39,044 nt of DNA from Treponema sp. (GCA_024689365.1 JAILDQ010000190.1:1-39044), one strand, 5' to 3'. Counted from the first letter of the stretch, positions 9,264 to 19,084 are shown. Numbers and translations are program-made. The notes: generated by a model from the sequence alone, not told the origin.

Positions 9264-11084
9264 ATGAAAAAGACAAATTTATTGGCAATCACAACTCTTT
9301 TGCTTTTGGGCGCGCTCTTTTTTTCGTGCTCCAATTCTTCCAGCGGCTCCATTCCCGCTTTGCCAAGCGGCGGCGGCTCTTCCGATTCTAGCGGAACTCC
9401 GCCCGGCGGCAATCCTTCCAGCGACCCGCAGGAACAACCGCAAGTTCAGCCACGGCCTGACGTCACGTTGAACGCAAGCCTTTCCGCGCTTGACATAGCC
9501 CAAAAAATGGAATGCGGCTGGAATCTTGGAAACAGTCTTGACTATCGATTGTGCGACGGAAATTATCCGTGCAACTATGGCCTTGGCGCCGAAACCGCTT
9601 GGGGAGAAGTTTTGACAACTGAACAAATCATAAAGACAGGAATTTTAAACGGATACAAGACAATAAGAATCCCCGTCACCTGGTTCAACCATCTTGTGGA
9701 CGCCAACTATACGATTGACCCAAAATGGATGGCGCGTGTAAAGCAAGTTGTCAACTGGGCGATTGACGCGGGCTATTACGTTATCTTGAACGAACACCAT
9801 TCCGTCCACGAAGAAAAAATCTCAAAGCCTTTGCAGCGCTATGCGGGCTACATCATAAGAAGCGGCGACGAGGAGGAGTCAAAGAGATTTTTGGAAGCTG
9901 TGTGGAAGCAAATCGCGGCGGCCTTTAACAACGAGTATGACGAACATCTTATTTTTGAAACGCTGAACGAGCCGCGAAACATCGGCCACGAACACGAATG
10001 GTCGCCAAAATCTGACGGCTCTTGCGAGGAATGCAAGGCTAACATCCAGCTTTTAAAAGAATGCAACCAATTGATTTTGAACACAATACGCTCAAGCGGC
10101 GGAAACAACGCCAACCGCTGCGTGATGATTCCCGCGCTATGTACTGGATTGCAACCCGCGCTTGACTTGGGCCTTCAAATGCTTCCGGCTGATTCCGCAA
10201 GCGGAAAGCTTATGGCAACAGTCCACTGGTATCCGCTTGACGGCGGAAACACCGGCCACTATTCCCATCATTTTAACGTCGCTGCAAAAAATGAAATCAA
10301 GTCGAAAATGGAAGAGTTGAACCAAAAATTTGTTTCGCATGGTATTCCTGTTGTCATCGGAGAATACGGCGCGACGCGAAAGGCCTATGATTGGAACACC
10401 AATCAGCCCATAGCGGATTACGTCGTTACATACCAAGACAGGCTGGAATGTTTTAGCTATCTTGCAAGCTTTGGCGGAAAATATTCCGTTCCGCTTTTAA
10501 ATTGGGACGCGGACAACCAGTGGAAAAGCGGCTCCAACACCATCGACCGCGTGAATTGCAAATTGGTTGAGCCGGAATGCGTCGCGGCAATCATAAAGGC
10601 GTGGAAGGATAAATCGTGGGACGAGGCGAGCCTAGCAACTGTTACAAATCTTTCTGTCGGAAGCCAGTCGCTTCCTGACAGCGGCTCCGCTTGGGGCTGC
10701 GTTGAATTTTCGGAGCAAGCTATTTCCTCCGCCAAGCATGGGGCCGTCTTAAAGCTGAACATTGAAAAAATACCGGCCGCCCCATACAGCCAAATCCGCC
10801 TTTGCCCAAGGCAAAACAGCTCTGGCGGCGAAGACTGGACGTCGTTGGACATGGGCAAGAATGCGGGCGGCAAGGATTTTTGCGCGGCGATTGGAGAAAG
10901 CGAAGGCGGCGCGGTCTTAATAGACGCGGAGCCTTCTTCCAACGGAAAGGACATTCAGCCTTCTTCCGACGCTGCCGTTGACGTTTACTACTGGCTTTCG
11001 GAAGCCGACTGCGCGCGGCTTTCCACAGGCCTTGCGATTCGCGGCCTTGGCGTTAAAATCAATTCCGCTTCAATAAAAAACTAA
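9264..11084 (+). CDS. Glycoside hydrolase family 5 (GH5_4-like endoglucanase) lipoprotein
   Basis: Lipobox LFFSC, S/G/P linker, GWNLGNSLD, IRIPVTW, ILNEHH, catalytic NEP and IGEYG; extra C-terminal domain. Confidence 0.92.
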   Translation: MKKTNLLAITTLLLLGALFFSCSNSSSGSIPALPSGGGSSDSSGTPPGGNPSSDPQEQPQVQPRPDVTLNASLSALDIAQKMECGWNLGNSLDYRLCDGNYPCNYGLGAETAWGEVLTTEQIIKTGILNGYKTIRIPVTWFNHLVDANYTIDPKWMARVKQVVNWAIDAGYYVILNEHHSVHEEKISKPLQRYAGYIIRSGDEEESKRFLEAVWKQIAAAFNNEYDEHLIFETLNEPRNIGHEHEWSPKSDGSCEECKANIQLLKECNQLILNTIRSSGGNNANRCVMIPALCTGLQPALDLGLQMLPADSASGKLMATVHWYPLDGGNTGHYSHHFNVAAKNEIKSKMEELNQKFVSHGIPVVIGEYGATRKAYDWNTNQPIADYVVTYQDRLECFSYLASFGGKYSVPLLNWDADNQWKSGSNTIDRVNCKLVEPECVAAIIKAWKDKSWDEASLATVTNLSVGSQSLPDSGSAWGCVEFSEQAISSAKHGAVLKLNIEKIPAAPYSQIRLCPRQNSSGGEDWTSLDMGKNAGGKDFCAAIGESEGGAVLIDAEPSSNGKDIQPSSDAAVDVYYWLSEADCARLSTGLAIRGLGVKINSASIKN

Positions 11085-11112
11085 AAAAAAGCGGGGCAGC
11101 CGCCCCGCTTTT
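11085..11112. terminator. Bidirectional intrinsic terminator
   Basis: A-tract GCGGGGC-agcc-GCCCCGC T-tract between convergent GH5 and metK. Confidence 0.88.
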
Positions 11113-11136
11113 TGGTCTTTCAACCGATTGGCCGCG

Positions 11137-12309
11137 TCACTTTATCGCCTTTTTAAGCGCTTCCTTTTTGTCGGTCTTTTCCCAGCTGAATTCCTTGCGG
11201 CCAAAGTGACCGTAGGCGGCTGTGGGAGCGTAGATCGGCTTTTTAAGTCCGAGCGTTTTGATGATGCCGGCGGGAGTGCAGTCAAAGACTTCTCCAACGG
11301 CTTTGGCGATTACAGCGTCGTCAACCTTTCCGGTGCAGAATGTTTCTACCATGATTGAAACCGGGAAGGGAACTCCAATCGCGTAGGCCAACTCAACTTC
11401 GGCGCGTTCGGCCAAGCCGGCGGCGACGATGTTCTTTGCGATGTAACGGGCCATGTAAGCGGCCGAGCGGTCAACCTTTGACGGATCCTTTCCGCTAAAG
11501 GCGCCGCCACCGTGCCGGCCCATTCCGCCGTAAGTGTCAACGATGATTTTTCGGCCTGTCAAGCCGGAATCTCCGTGAGGTCCTCCGATTACGAACTGGC
11601 CGGTCGGGTTGATGAAGTACTTGGTCTTTTTGTCCAAAAGGCCTGTCGGCTCAAGAACGGGCTTGATGATTTGTTCAATCAAGTCGTCTTTGATTGTCTT
11701 GTATTTTACGTTGGGATTGTGCTGGTGCGAAAGAACAACGGTGTCGATGCGAACAGGTTTGTGGCCTTCGTATTCCAACGTGACCTGGGCTTTTGCGTCT
11801 GGGCGCATCCACTCAATTTTCTTTGAATGGCGAGCTTTTGATGCGGCGCGCAAAAGTTTGTGAGCGTACATAACGGGAGCGGGCATAAGTTCGGGAGTTT
11901 CGTTGCAAGCAAAACCGAACATCATTCCTTGGTCTCCGGCTCCCTGCTGTCCCTTGTATTCCGCAAGTCCTGTTCCTACAACGCCTTGGTTAATGTCGGG
12001 CGACTGGGTGTGAACGGTGTTCAAAACCGCCATCGAGTCGGCGTCAAGCCCGTAATCGGCGTTTGTGTAGCCGATTTTTCGCGCTACATCGCGCGCGATA
12101 GTTTGGATGTCAAGCTCTTTGAATTTGGTGGAAATTTCTCCGCCAACAAGAACCATTCCAGTCGTCGTAAAGCACTCGCAGGCAACGTGACTGTTAGGAT
12201 CTTTAGCCAGACAAGCATCCAACACAGCGTCGGAAATCTGGTCGCAAACTTTGTCGGGGTGACCTTCGCTTACAGATTCCGAGGTGAACAAATAATGCTC
12301 GTTTGTCAT
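11137..12309 (-). CDS. metK: S-adenosylmethionine synthetase
   Basis: [36 protein letters not shown]. Confidence 0.99.
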   Translation of the reverse strand: MTNEHYLFTSESVSEGHPDKVCDQISDAVLDACLAKDPNSHVACECFTTTGMVLVGGEISTKFKELDIQTIARDVARKIGYTNADYGLDADSMAVLNTVHTQSPDINQGVVGTGLAEYKGQQGAGDQGMMFGFACNETPELMPAPVMYAHKLLRAASKARHSKKIEWMRPDAKAQVTLEYEGHKPVRIDTVVLSHQHNPNVKYKTIKDDLIEQIIKPVLEPTGLLDKKTKYFINPTGQFVIGGPHGDSGLTGRKIIVDTYGGMGRHGGGAFSGKDPSKVDRSAAYMARYIAKNIVAAGLAERAEVELAYAIGVPFPVSIMVETFCTGKVDDAVIAKAVGEVFDCTPAGIIKTLGLKKPIYAPTAAYGHFGRKEFSWEKTDKKEALKKAIK

Positions 12310-12485
12310 TATTCATCTCCTAAAAAATGAAGAATTTTGCGGCGGGCATGTAGCGAGCGCGTCCGCCGTTGAAGTTGCGCAAAATCTTTAAAAAGACTTG
12401 AACAACTTTAAAAAATATATTATACTAATTTATCTATTAAGACAATAGTTTTTTGCGTATTTTTAAATGAATAGGAGGATATGGA

Positions 12486-12803
12486 ATGCCTTTAAAAAAG
12501 ACTTTTTCAAAAGACAAAAAAAAGTGTACAGTAACATTCACGGTTCCGCCAGAAGCAGCGCAGGGAGCCGAGACTATCAATCTTGCCGGAGATTTTAACA
12601 GCTGGAGCAGCAAGGAAAATCCCCTTAAAAAAGGCAAGGACGGAACTTTCTCAGTTAAATTGACTTTGGAAGCCGGCCGCGAATATCAGTTCCGCTATCT
12701 CGTGGACGGAAAAAAATGGGAAAACGATTGGAAGGCCGACAAATACGTTGCCGCCCCTTATTCCAACGCCGACAACTCCGTAGTGAACACTTTTGTAGAG
12801 TAA
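12486..12803 (+). CDS. Isoamylase early-set (CBM48-like) domain protein
   Basis: VTFTVP, LAGDFNSW, YQFRYLVDG, WENDWKAD; AGGAGG SD; TTGAAC-17-TATACT promoter at 12398-12426. Confidence 0.9.
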   Translation: MPLKKTFSKDKKKCTVTFTVPPEAAQGAETINLAGDFNSWSSKENPLKKGKDGTFSVKLTLEAGREYQFRYLVDGKKWENDWKADKYVAAPYSNADNSVVNTFVE

Positions 12804-12825
12804 ACGCGCTTTTTATAATATAAAT

Positions 12826-12857
12826 AAAAAAAACCGCTCTTTTGGAGCGGTTTTTTT
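12826..12857. terminator. Bidirectional intrinsic terminator
   Basis: A-tract CCGCTC-ttttg-GAGCGG T-tract between convergent genes. Confidence 0.88.
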
Positions 12858-12873
12858 GTCGCCTAATCTATTT

Positions 12874-14430
12874 CTAGAACTTGGCCTTTCTTAAGCGGAC
12901 TCTTTCGATGTCTTCCGAGAAGAGCTCGCGCAAGTCGTTCAAGCCAAGGGCCATCAAGGCCATGCGGTCGATTCCGATTCCCCAAGCCAAAACAGGAACG
13001 TCGATTCCCATGGCCTTTGTAACTTCCGGTCGGAAAATGCCCGAGCCGCCAAGCTCGAACCAACCCAATTTTGGGTGCTTGATGTGAACTTCGATGCTGG
13101 GTTCCGTGAATGGGAAGTAGCCCGGAACGTATTTTACTTCTGTGGCGCCCGCGATTTCTTTGGCGAACATTTCCAAGAAGCCCAAAAGTGTTCTCAAATT
13201 TACGTCGTTGCCCAAAACGATTCCTTCCGTTTGGTAGAAGTCGCTAAGGTGGGTGGCGTCAACCTTGTCGTAGCGGAAGCAGCGGGCAATTCCAAAGTAT
13301 TTTCCGGGAATTTTTGCCTTGTGCAACTGGTGGGCGCTCAAAACAGTTCCCTGGCTTCGCAAAATGAGGCGGCGGGTGAACTCGTTGTCAAACTGATAGT
13401 TCCAGCCGCGGCTTCCTGAGTTTCCGCCGTTTTCGTGGACGGCCTTTACGTTGCTCAAGTAAGGCTCTTCGATGCTTTTTGCGTGAGTCGGGTTTTTAAT
13501 GCGGTAAACGTCGTGAATGTCGCGGGCCGCGTGGAATTGCGGCATGAAAAGCGCGTCGCCGTTCCAGAATTCAGTTTCTACGAGAGGTCCGTCAAATTCT
13601 TCAAAGCCAAGGGAGCTTAGCTTGTCCTTAACCGATTCCAAGAACTGAACGTAAGGGTTTGTGCGGCCCGGAATGATTCTGGCCGGAGGAACGCCGATAT
13701 TGTAGCCGCGGAAAGTTCCCTTTTTCCATTCGCCGGAAGAAAGCATGGCCGGAGTGATTTCTCCGATTTCGTTTCCTGTAATGCCAGCGCTTTTAAGGGC
13801 CTCGACAACCTTGCCAAAGGCTTCCTTTAATTTATAAACGACCGTTTCACGCTCGATTGTGCGGAAGGGGGTTTCGCTTACGCCGCGCTTTTTTGTCAAG
13901 CCGGCCATAACCTGAACTTCTTCTTGGCTCAAATCTGCCGCGTCAAGGGTTGCGTTCTCGGCGGCGGCCGCCTTTTGAATCAAGGATTTTGAAATTGTGA
14001 TTCTTTCAGGAAGAGGTTTTCCTGTCGCTTCGGCTTTTTTTTCAGCGTTCATCTGAAGAACGCCGTCTTTGCTCAAGGCTCCAAAGGCGGAACCAACGTC
14101 TTTGTTTTCTATGTTCAAGGCCGCCGCAATTTCCGGGAGAGCCTTCGCGCCTTCCTTTTGAAGGAGGCTGACGATTTTTTCTTCTACAAAGCCTTCCTCT
14201 TGAACCTTGCGGCCAAAGTCTGTCAATTCGTAATAAGTGTGGGGAGTTCTGGCGACTTCCGCCAAAAGCTCTTTTCCTGCAAGCCAGCTGAAGGCTTGGT
14301 TTGCGTGTCCTTCTTTGTAGCCAAGGTCCGACTGTAGTTTTGCCGAAGTCAATTCGTCCTTAAGGCCGTAGCGGAGCAAAACTTTTGTTTCCAAAGGGTG
14401 AAGGTTTTTAATTATGCTTGAGATGTCCAT
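12874..14430 (-). CDS. pheS: Phenylalanine-tRNA ligase alpha subunit (long archaeal/spirochaete type)
   Basis: FWNGDALFMPQFHAARD, FRYDKVDATH, YFPFTEPS, AWGIGIDR; about 250 aa N-terminal extension. Confidence 0.96.
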   Translation of the reverse strand: MDISSIIKNLHPLETKVLLRYGLKDELTSAKLQSDLGYKEGHANQAFSWLAGKELLAEVARTPHTYYELTDFGRKVQEEGFVEEKIVSLLQKEGAKALPEIAAALNIENKDVGSAFGALSKDGVLQMNAEKKAEATGKPLPERITISKSLIQKAAAAENATLDAADLSQEEVQVMAGLTKKRGVSETPFRTIERETVVYKLKEAFGKVVEALKSAGITGNEIGEITPAMLSSGEWKKGTFRGYNIGVPPARIIPGRTNPYVQFLESVKDKLSSLGFEEFDGPLVETEFWNGDALFMPQFHAARDIHDVYRIKNPTHAKSIEEPYLSNVKAVHENGGNSGSRGWNYQFDNEFTRRLILRSQGTVLSAHQLHKAKIPGKYFGIARCFRYDKVDATHLSDFYQTEGIVLGNDVNLRTLLGFLEMFAKEIAGATEVKYVPGYFPFTEPSIEVHIKHPKLGWFELGGSGIFRPEVTKAMGIDVPVLAWGIGIDRMALMALGLNDLRELFSEDIERVRLRKAKF

Positions 14431-14543
14431 TTTTTTATTCGCGCGACAAGAAAAGGCCGCCCTTTTAAGGCAAGCCTTTTTGCGCCGCGCTCTCCTTGTG
14501 AGAACGACTTGCTTTTTGGCAAGCCGTTTATAGTTTATTTAAA

Positions 14544-14933
14544 TTAGCGCTGGAACTTGACTTGGCAAGCGTAAGTGGCCTGCTTAAGTCCGCGCGCGTT
14601 CTTTTTGTATGAAAGGCGGTCCTGCTTCATGTATTTGTAGCCGTAGTAGTTTCGTTCAAGCTGGAAATCGTTCAAGCAAGCGTGAATCGTTTCGCGAGCC
14701 TCGCCTTCCTTGAAAGAAACTTCAAGACATGTGTAGTAAATGCGAACTTCGTCCAAGGCCGCGATGTATTCGATGCGAACCTGAGCCGTTTTGTTTGTTG
14801 TATGCATGTCTTCCGGAACAATGACTTGGACGCTTGTGTCCATTGAAGCGCCTTCTTCGTCACTGGAATTATTTTGCGCAAAGGCCATTGACAAAGCCAT
14901 CATAATCGCGATTATTCCAAGAAATTTTTTCAT
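14544..14933 (-). CDS. Secreted hypothetical protein
   Basis: Signal peptide MKKFLGIIAIMMALSMAFAQ; AGGAGG SD. Confidence 0.8.
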   Translation of the reverse strand: MKKFLGIIAIMMALSMAFAQNNSSDEEGASMDTSVQVIVPEDMHTTNKTAQVRIEYIAALDEVRIYYTCLEVSFKEGEARETIHACLNDFQLERNYYGYKYMKQDRLSYKKNARGLKQATYACQVKFQR

Positions 14934-14950
14934 AGTTAGCCTCCTGTAAG

Positions 14951-15691
14951 CTAAAAATTCTGGTACTCTTTTATTATACCAGTTTCCAGAAAAAAATCAA
15001 GTTGTAATTGATATTCTCCGGATTTTATTAAAATCGCCGGAATCTTGTTAACCAAGACTTTTCCGGTAATCTGCTTGGGTTTGTTCCTCAGGATTTTTCT
15101 GTAATAATTCCTGACGGCGTCCTTCAGCGCGTTTTGCGCCGCGTCCTCTATTCCTTCAAAGCCCTTGGAAACCTTTCCGCCGCCTAAGCCCAAGATTCTT
15201 GGGTTTTTGATGTCGGCCCATTGATTCCAGCTTTGAACCATTCCTTCGTCGCGCTCAAAATTGGCCCAGCAATGAACTTTGCTTTGGTCAAACCAGGGTT
15301 TTTCGTAAACTATTTTTTTGCTCTCCGCTTCAAAGGAGCGGATTTCCTTGACCTCGAAGTATTCCTGAACGCCCCTCAACTTGTCGCTTGGCGTGTAGTC
15401 AAAAGTCCAGCCGTAAACCATTCCGTTGAGCAAAAAGGGCGTGAGCTTTTTCATTTGGCCAATCGCGTGGTCAAAGATTCCTTGGTTGTAGTCAAAGTTT
15501 CCGCTTTGAGGAGAGCCGCTTTCCACAAGGCCGGGATAAGCGTCAAGCTCCGCCCAAAGGGGAATGCGAATCTTTCTTTGGAATGAAACCTCTTGCGCGG
15601 CCAAATTTTGTCCAAGGGCAAAAAGAAGCAAGGAGAAAAGCAGAGGGCCTTTTAGAAAAGGCGTTTTTTTTACCGAAGGGCGTTTTTCCAT
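14951..15691 (-). CDS. Exported hypothetical protein
   Basis: 246-aa ORF in operon, N-terminal hydrophobic segment. Confidence 0.75.
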   Translation of the reverse strand: MEKRPSVKKTPFLKGPLLFSLLLFALGQNLAAQEVSFQRKIRIPLWAELDAYPGLVESGSPQSGNFDYNQGIFDHAIGQMKKLTPFLLNGMVYGWTFDYTPSDKLRGVQEYFEVKEIRSFEAESKKIVYEKPWFDQSKVHCWANFERDEGMVQSWNQWADIKNPRILGLGGGKVSKGFEGIEDAAQNALKDAVRNYYRKILRNKPKQITGKVLVNKIPAILIKSGEYQLQLDFFLETGIIKEYQNF

Positions 15692-16311
15692 ACCTTAATC
15701 GGGTTCACTCCAAACCTAACGACGCTGTAAAGCCAGGCCGCCGCAAAACCGCTCAAATGAGTCAAGTGCGCCACGCCTTGCCTCATTCCAAAGACTTGGT
15801 CAAATATCGCGATTCCGGCGTAAATAACAACCAAAAGGGGAGCCGGAACCGGAATTAATCCAAATATAAAAACAGTTGAGCGCGGAAAGATTACAGCAAA
15901 AATCAATAAAACTGCGTAAACCGCTCCGCTGGCTCCGACCAAGACGATTTGCCAATATTGGTTCAAAACGTAAATGCCCAAGGACGCCGCCCCGCAAATA
16001 ATTCCGCAAAGGATATAAAATAGAAGAAATTCCTTGCTTCCCAGGGATTTTTCGACGTAAATTCCAAAGAAAATCAAGCCAATCATGTTGCTGATCAAGT
16101 GCGACCAAGAGCCGTGCATGAACATATAGGTAAAAAGCTGCCAATAGTAGTGGCCCCGCAAGCACAAAATCGGCTGCAAGCCAAAAAGGTATTGGAAATT
16201 CATGTTCCGGCCGCTTCCTGTGAGGACAAAGGCGATGACGTTGACTATCGCGATTATTAGCGTGGCGTAATTGAATGAATAGGAGAATTTTTTATGAAGT
16301 ATGTTTTGCAT
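15670..16311 (-). CDS. Rhomboid-family intramembrane serine protease
   Basis: WQLFTYMFMHG, HLISNM, catalytic GASG and AHLTHLSG. Confidence 0.93.
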   Translation of the reverse strand: MQNILHKKFSYSFNYATLIIAIVNVIAFVLTGSGRNMNFQYLFGLQPILCLRGHYYWQLFTYMFMHGSWSHLISNMIGLIFFGIYVEKSLGSKEFLLFYILCGIICGAASLGIYVLNQYWQIVLVGASGAVYAVLLIFAVIFPRSTVFIFGLIPVPAPLLVVIYAGIAIFDQVFGMRQGVAHLTHLSGFAAAWLYSVVRFGVNPIKVWKNALR

Positions 16312-16313
16312 GC

Positions 16314-17447
16314 TTAGTTCTCTGTTTTGATTTCAGAGGCGGTTATTTCTTTGTCCGCGTAGGTTATGCGGTTTCTTCCGGCGCATTTTGAAACGTAAAG
16401 GGCTTTGTCGGCTTGTTCAACAAATTCCTTGGCGCTTGAAACCGGGTTTTCGTCCTTGTCAAAAACGCTCACTCCGCCGGAAATCGTAACCTTGACTTTT
16501 TTGCCTTCGTACTCAAAGTTCATGCTTTCGATGTTGCTTCTGATGCGTTCGGCCACTTGCATCGCGTCTTCCTTTAGCGTGTTGGGAAGCATGACCGTGA
16601 ATTCTTCGCCGCCGTAACGGCTTGCCATGTCCTGCGAGCGGATGGAATTCTTTATTATTCTTGCCACCGAGGTAAGAACATAGTCTCCGCAAGCGTGGCC
16701 GTAATTGTCGTTGAAATTCTTAAAGTGGTCGATGTCGAACATTATGACGCCTATGGGAAGTCCTTGCGCTAGCGCCAAGTCCAAGCGGTCCGTGAGCTGG
16801 TTGAAGAAGTAGTACTTTAGCTTTAGCTTTGTCATCATGTCCGTTGACGAGCGCTCCAAAAGCGCGGCGTTGTTTATCGCCATGCTGGCCAAAGACGCGA
16901 TGCTGAGTATTTGCTTGATGTCGTAGTCGGTGTAGGCTGTTCCGTCGCCCAAATCCATTCTTTCGCCCAAGAGAAGAATTCCGTTCATTCTGTTCTTTTG
17001 GAAGAGGGGAACAATCAAGGACGGCTTTAGCGAGTAAATTTGGTCGAGCTTGTCGTCCGGAAGCTTCTTTTGTATGTCTCGGACTGTAAAGACCTTGTCC
17101 TTTTCGTTCAATACGGCGACTAGGGGCGAATTCATCTGAATTACGTATTCGATTTGGCTGTCCAAATCCATTCCCGTGTAATTCGCGCTGAGATTGTAGG
17201 AGTCGGTTTCAAAATCGTCAAGGACAAAGATGCCCGCGCCCAAAACGCGCATTTGGCACATGCAAGTGTAAAGAATCGATTCTATGAGGGTCGAATAGTC
17301 AAGCGTGGAACAAAGGGAGCGCGCGATTTCCAACAATTGCTGCAAATCGTAAAGGCGCTTTTCGTACCGCGCTGTGAGTTCTTCCACTGTCTCGTTCTTC
17401 TCCGCCTTCAGCTCAAAGGCGTTTCTTTCCTGCTTCTTGCGTCCCAT
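16314..17447 (-). CDS. GAF-GGDEF diguanylate cyclase (DgcA-like)
   Basis: GAF region, DIDHFK, RYGGEEF active site, RSQD I-site, ADKALY. Confidence 0.93.
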   Translation of the reverse strand: MGRKKQERNAFELKAEKNETVEELTARYEKRLYDLQQLLEIARSLCSTLDYSTLIESILYTCMCQMRVLGAGIFVLDDFETDSYNLSANYTGMDLDSQIEYVIQMNSPLVAVLNEKDKVFTVRDIQKKLPDDKLDQIYSLKPSLIVPLFQKNRMNGILLLGERMDLGDGTAYTDYDIKQILSIASLASMAINNAALLERSSTDMMTKLKLKYYFFNQLTDRLDLALAQGLPIGVIMFDIDHFKNFNDNYGHACGDYVLTSVARIIKNSIRSQDMASRYGGEEFTVMLPNTLKEDAMQVAERIRSNIESMNFEYEGKKVKVTISGGVSVFDKDENPVSSAKEFVEQADKALYVSKCAGRNRITYADKEITASEIKTEN

Positions 17448-17450
17448 TTC

Positions 17451-19040
17451 CTATTCTTTCATCTTCTTTATTATAACATAGTTTCTTATAATTTCAAAGA
17501 AATTTTCCCATAAAGGGAATTGAAGCTCTAGCAAGGAGGTTGATTCCCTGTTCCTTGAAGAAAACATAATTCCCTTGAGGTTGGATACAAGCTCGCTTTT
17601 TGAACGCTTTGTGTCCGTTATGCAGTCTCCCAAATTTGCGTGAAGCGAAAGCAAGAGGGAGGCGATTTTTTGGATTATGTCCTTTGCCTCGTTATTTATA
17701 GTATCGATTAAATTTGACAGTTTTTTAGTGAATTCAGAGTTTCTGTGGCTGTCGGCAATGAGGTTGTTTATTGTTTGAATGCTGTATTTGTTGCCTTGGG
17801 AAAAATTCGCCTCAAACTGGTCGATTAAGGCCATGCTGTCGTTGACCGAAAAGACCAACTGCGAAAAGGAGCTTTTTGTGGCCGGATTTGTGAACAAGCC
17901 TTCTACCACGATGTCGTTCACAACGTTGCGGATTGGCTCCGTGTAATACCTTTTTAGGAAGGTTTTTAGAATTCGCATCGGCATGACCCACATAAAGTTT
18001 GTGGAGGCGTTCTTTCCGATTATGTCCATTGTGTCCGTGTTGTAGCCCGCAAGGGTTTCGATTTTTCCGTCGGGGAACAAAACGTCAAGCTCTTGCTTTA
18101 CGTAATTGTCCTTCATTTCGTTGCGAATTCTAAGCTCGTCGGCGGCGAACTGTTTTTGCAGCTCTTCCGCGAAATTTCTGCGGACGTTTTCCTTGTAGCT
18201 GGCCTTTTGCGGAACAAAATTGGGATCCTTTTTGGCCAGGCATATTAGGTTTTTGAGGGTCGCGGTGTCCAAGATGTTTTTTAGAATCGCCTGAATTCTT
18301 CGCAAATTTTGCAGAATTTCCTTTTTTGTCCTCGTTTCGTTCGGCTGCCCGTGAAGGAGTTCGTTCAAGGCCAAAATGGCGTTGGCCGTAGCCATGTTCA
18401 CCGTGTAGTCGGCGGTCAAGTAATAAAGGTCAAGGAAGGCGTTTTCCAGTGTTTTTGGCGGAATCGGCTGGTATTCCGGCGTGTAATCCGCGTCTCCCTG
18501 GCGAACGGCATAGTCTCCGTCAAATAGCTGGAGAACGACAGTGAAATTGTAGTGGCACAAATCCGCCAATTGATGGAGTGAAGTGACCACTTCGTCCATT
18601 TTGCTGAATTGCGAGCTGTTCAAGGCCGTAACGATTTTTTCAAGAGATTTTTTTTGGGAGTCCAAGGTGTCTCGTTCGCCGTTTTCTCCGGCTTCGGCAA
18701 GCCTTTTCTTTCGTTCCTCGTAGCTGAGGGAGTCCAATATATGTTTGTCTTCCGCTGAATACGCGGTTACAATCAATTCCTCTTGGAAGCGGTGGTTTCT
18801 CTTTATGTCAGGCCCCGCGATTGTGCTGTCCAAAATTTTCGCGATTGGCTGCGTGTTTTCGTAAAGGACGCGGGTGGCTTCGGCAAAGTTGGGCTGAACA
18901 AGCTCGTTTTTGTACAAGCCTGCCGGGTGAAGGCGCATGTCGCTTTCTATTTTGCGGAGTTTAATTTTTTTCTGCACTTCCGGCGTGTTCGAGCGGAACA
19001 AGTAGTCTAAAATGTCCGTCAACGCCTGTAATAGAGACAT
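17451..19040 (-). CDS. Large helical hypothetical protein
   Basis: About 529-aa ORF from ATG 19040; TTGATT-17-TATAAT promoter immediately upstream; no motif recognised. Confidence 0.8.
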   Translation of the reverse strand: MSLLQALTDILDYLFRSNTPEVQKKIKLRKIESDMRLHPAGLYKNELVQPNFAEATRVLYENTQPIAKILDSTIAGPDIKRNHRFQEELIVTAYSAEDKHILDSLSYEERKKRLAEAGENGERDTLDSQKKSLEKIVTALNSSQFSKMDEVVTSLHQLADLCHYNFTVVLQLFDGDYAVRQGDADYTPEYQPIPPKTLENAFLDLYYLTADYTVNMATANAILALNELLHGQPNETRTKKEILQNLRRIQAILKNILDTATLKNLICLAKKDPNFVPQKASYKENVRRNFAEELQKQFAADELRIRNEMKDNYVKQELDVLFPDGKIETLAGYNTDTMDIIGKNASTNFMWVMPMRILKTFLKRYYTEPIRNVVNDIVVEGLFTNPATKSSFSQLVFSVNDSMALIDQFEANFSQGNKYSIQTINNLIADSHRNSEFTKKLSNLIDTINNEAKDIIQKIASLLLSLHANLGDCITDTKRSKSELVSNLKGIMFSSRNRESTSLLELQFPLWENFFEIIRNYVIIKKMKE

Positions 19041-19084
19041 ATTTGAGATATTATACCATAAAATTTTATAATAATCAACCAAAA

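Noticed and set aside
14431-14540. T-box or attenuator upstream of pheS
   Set aside because: Too short, no T-box consensus and no Phe-rich leader peptide
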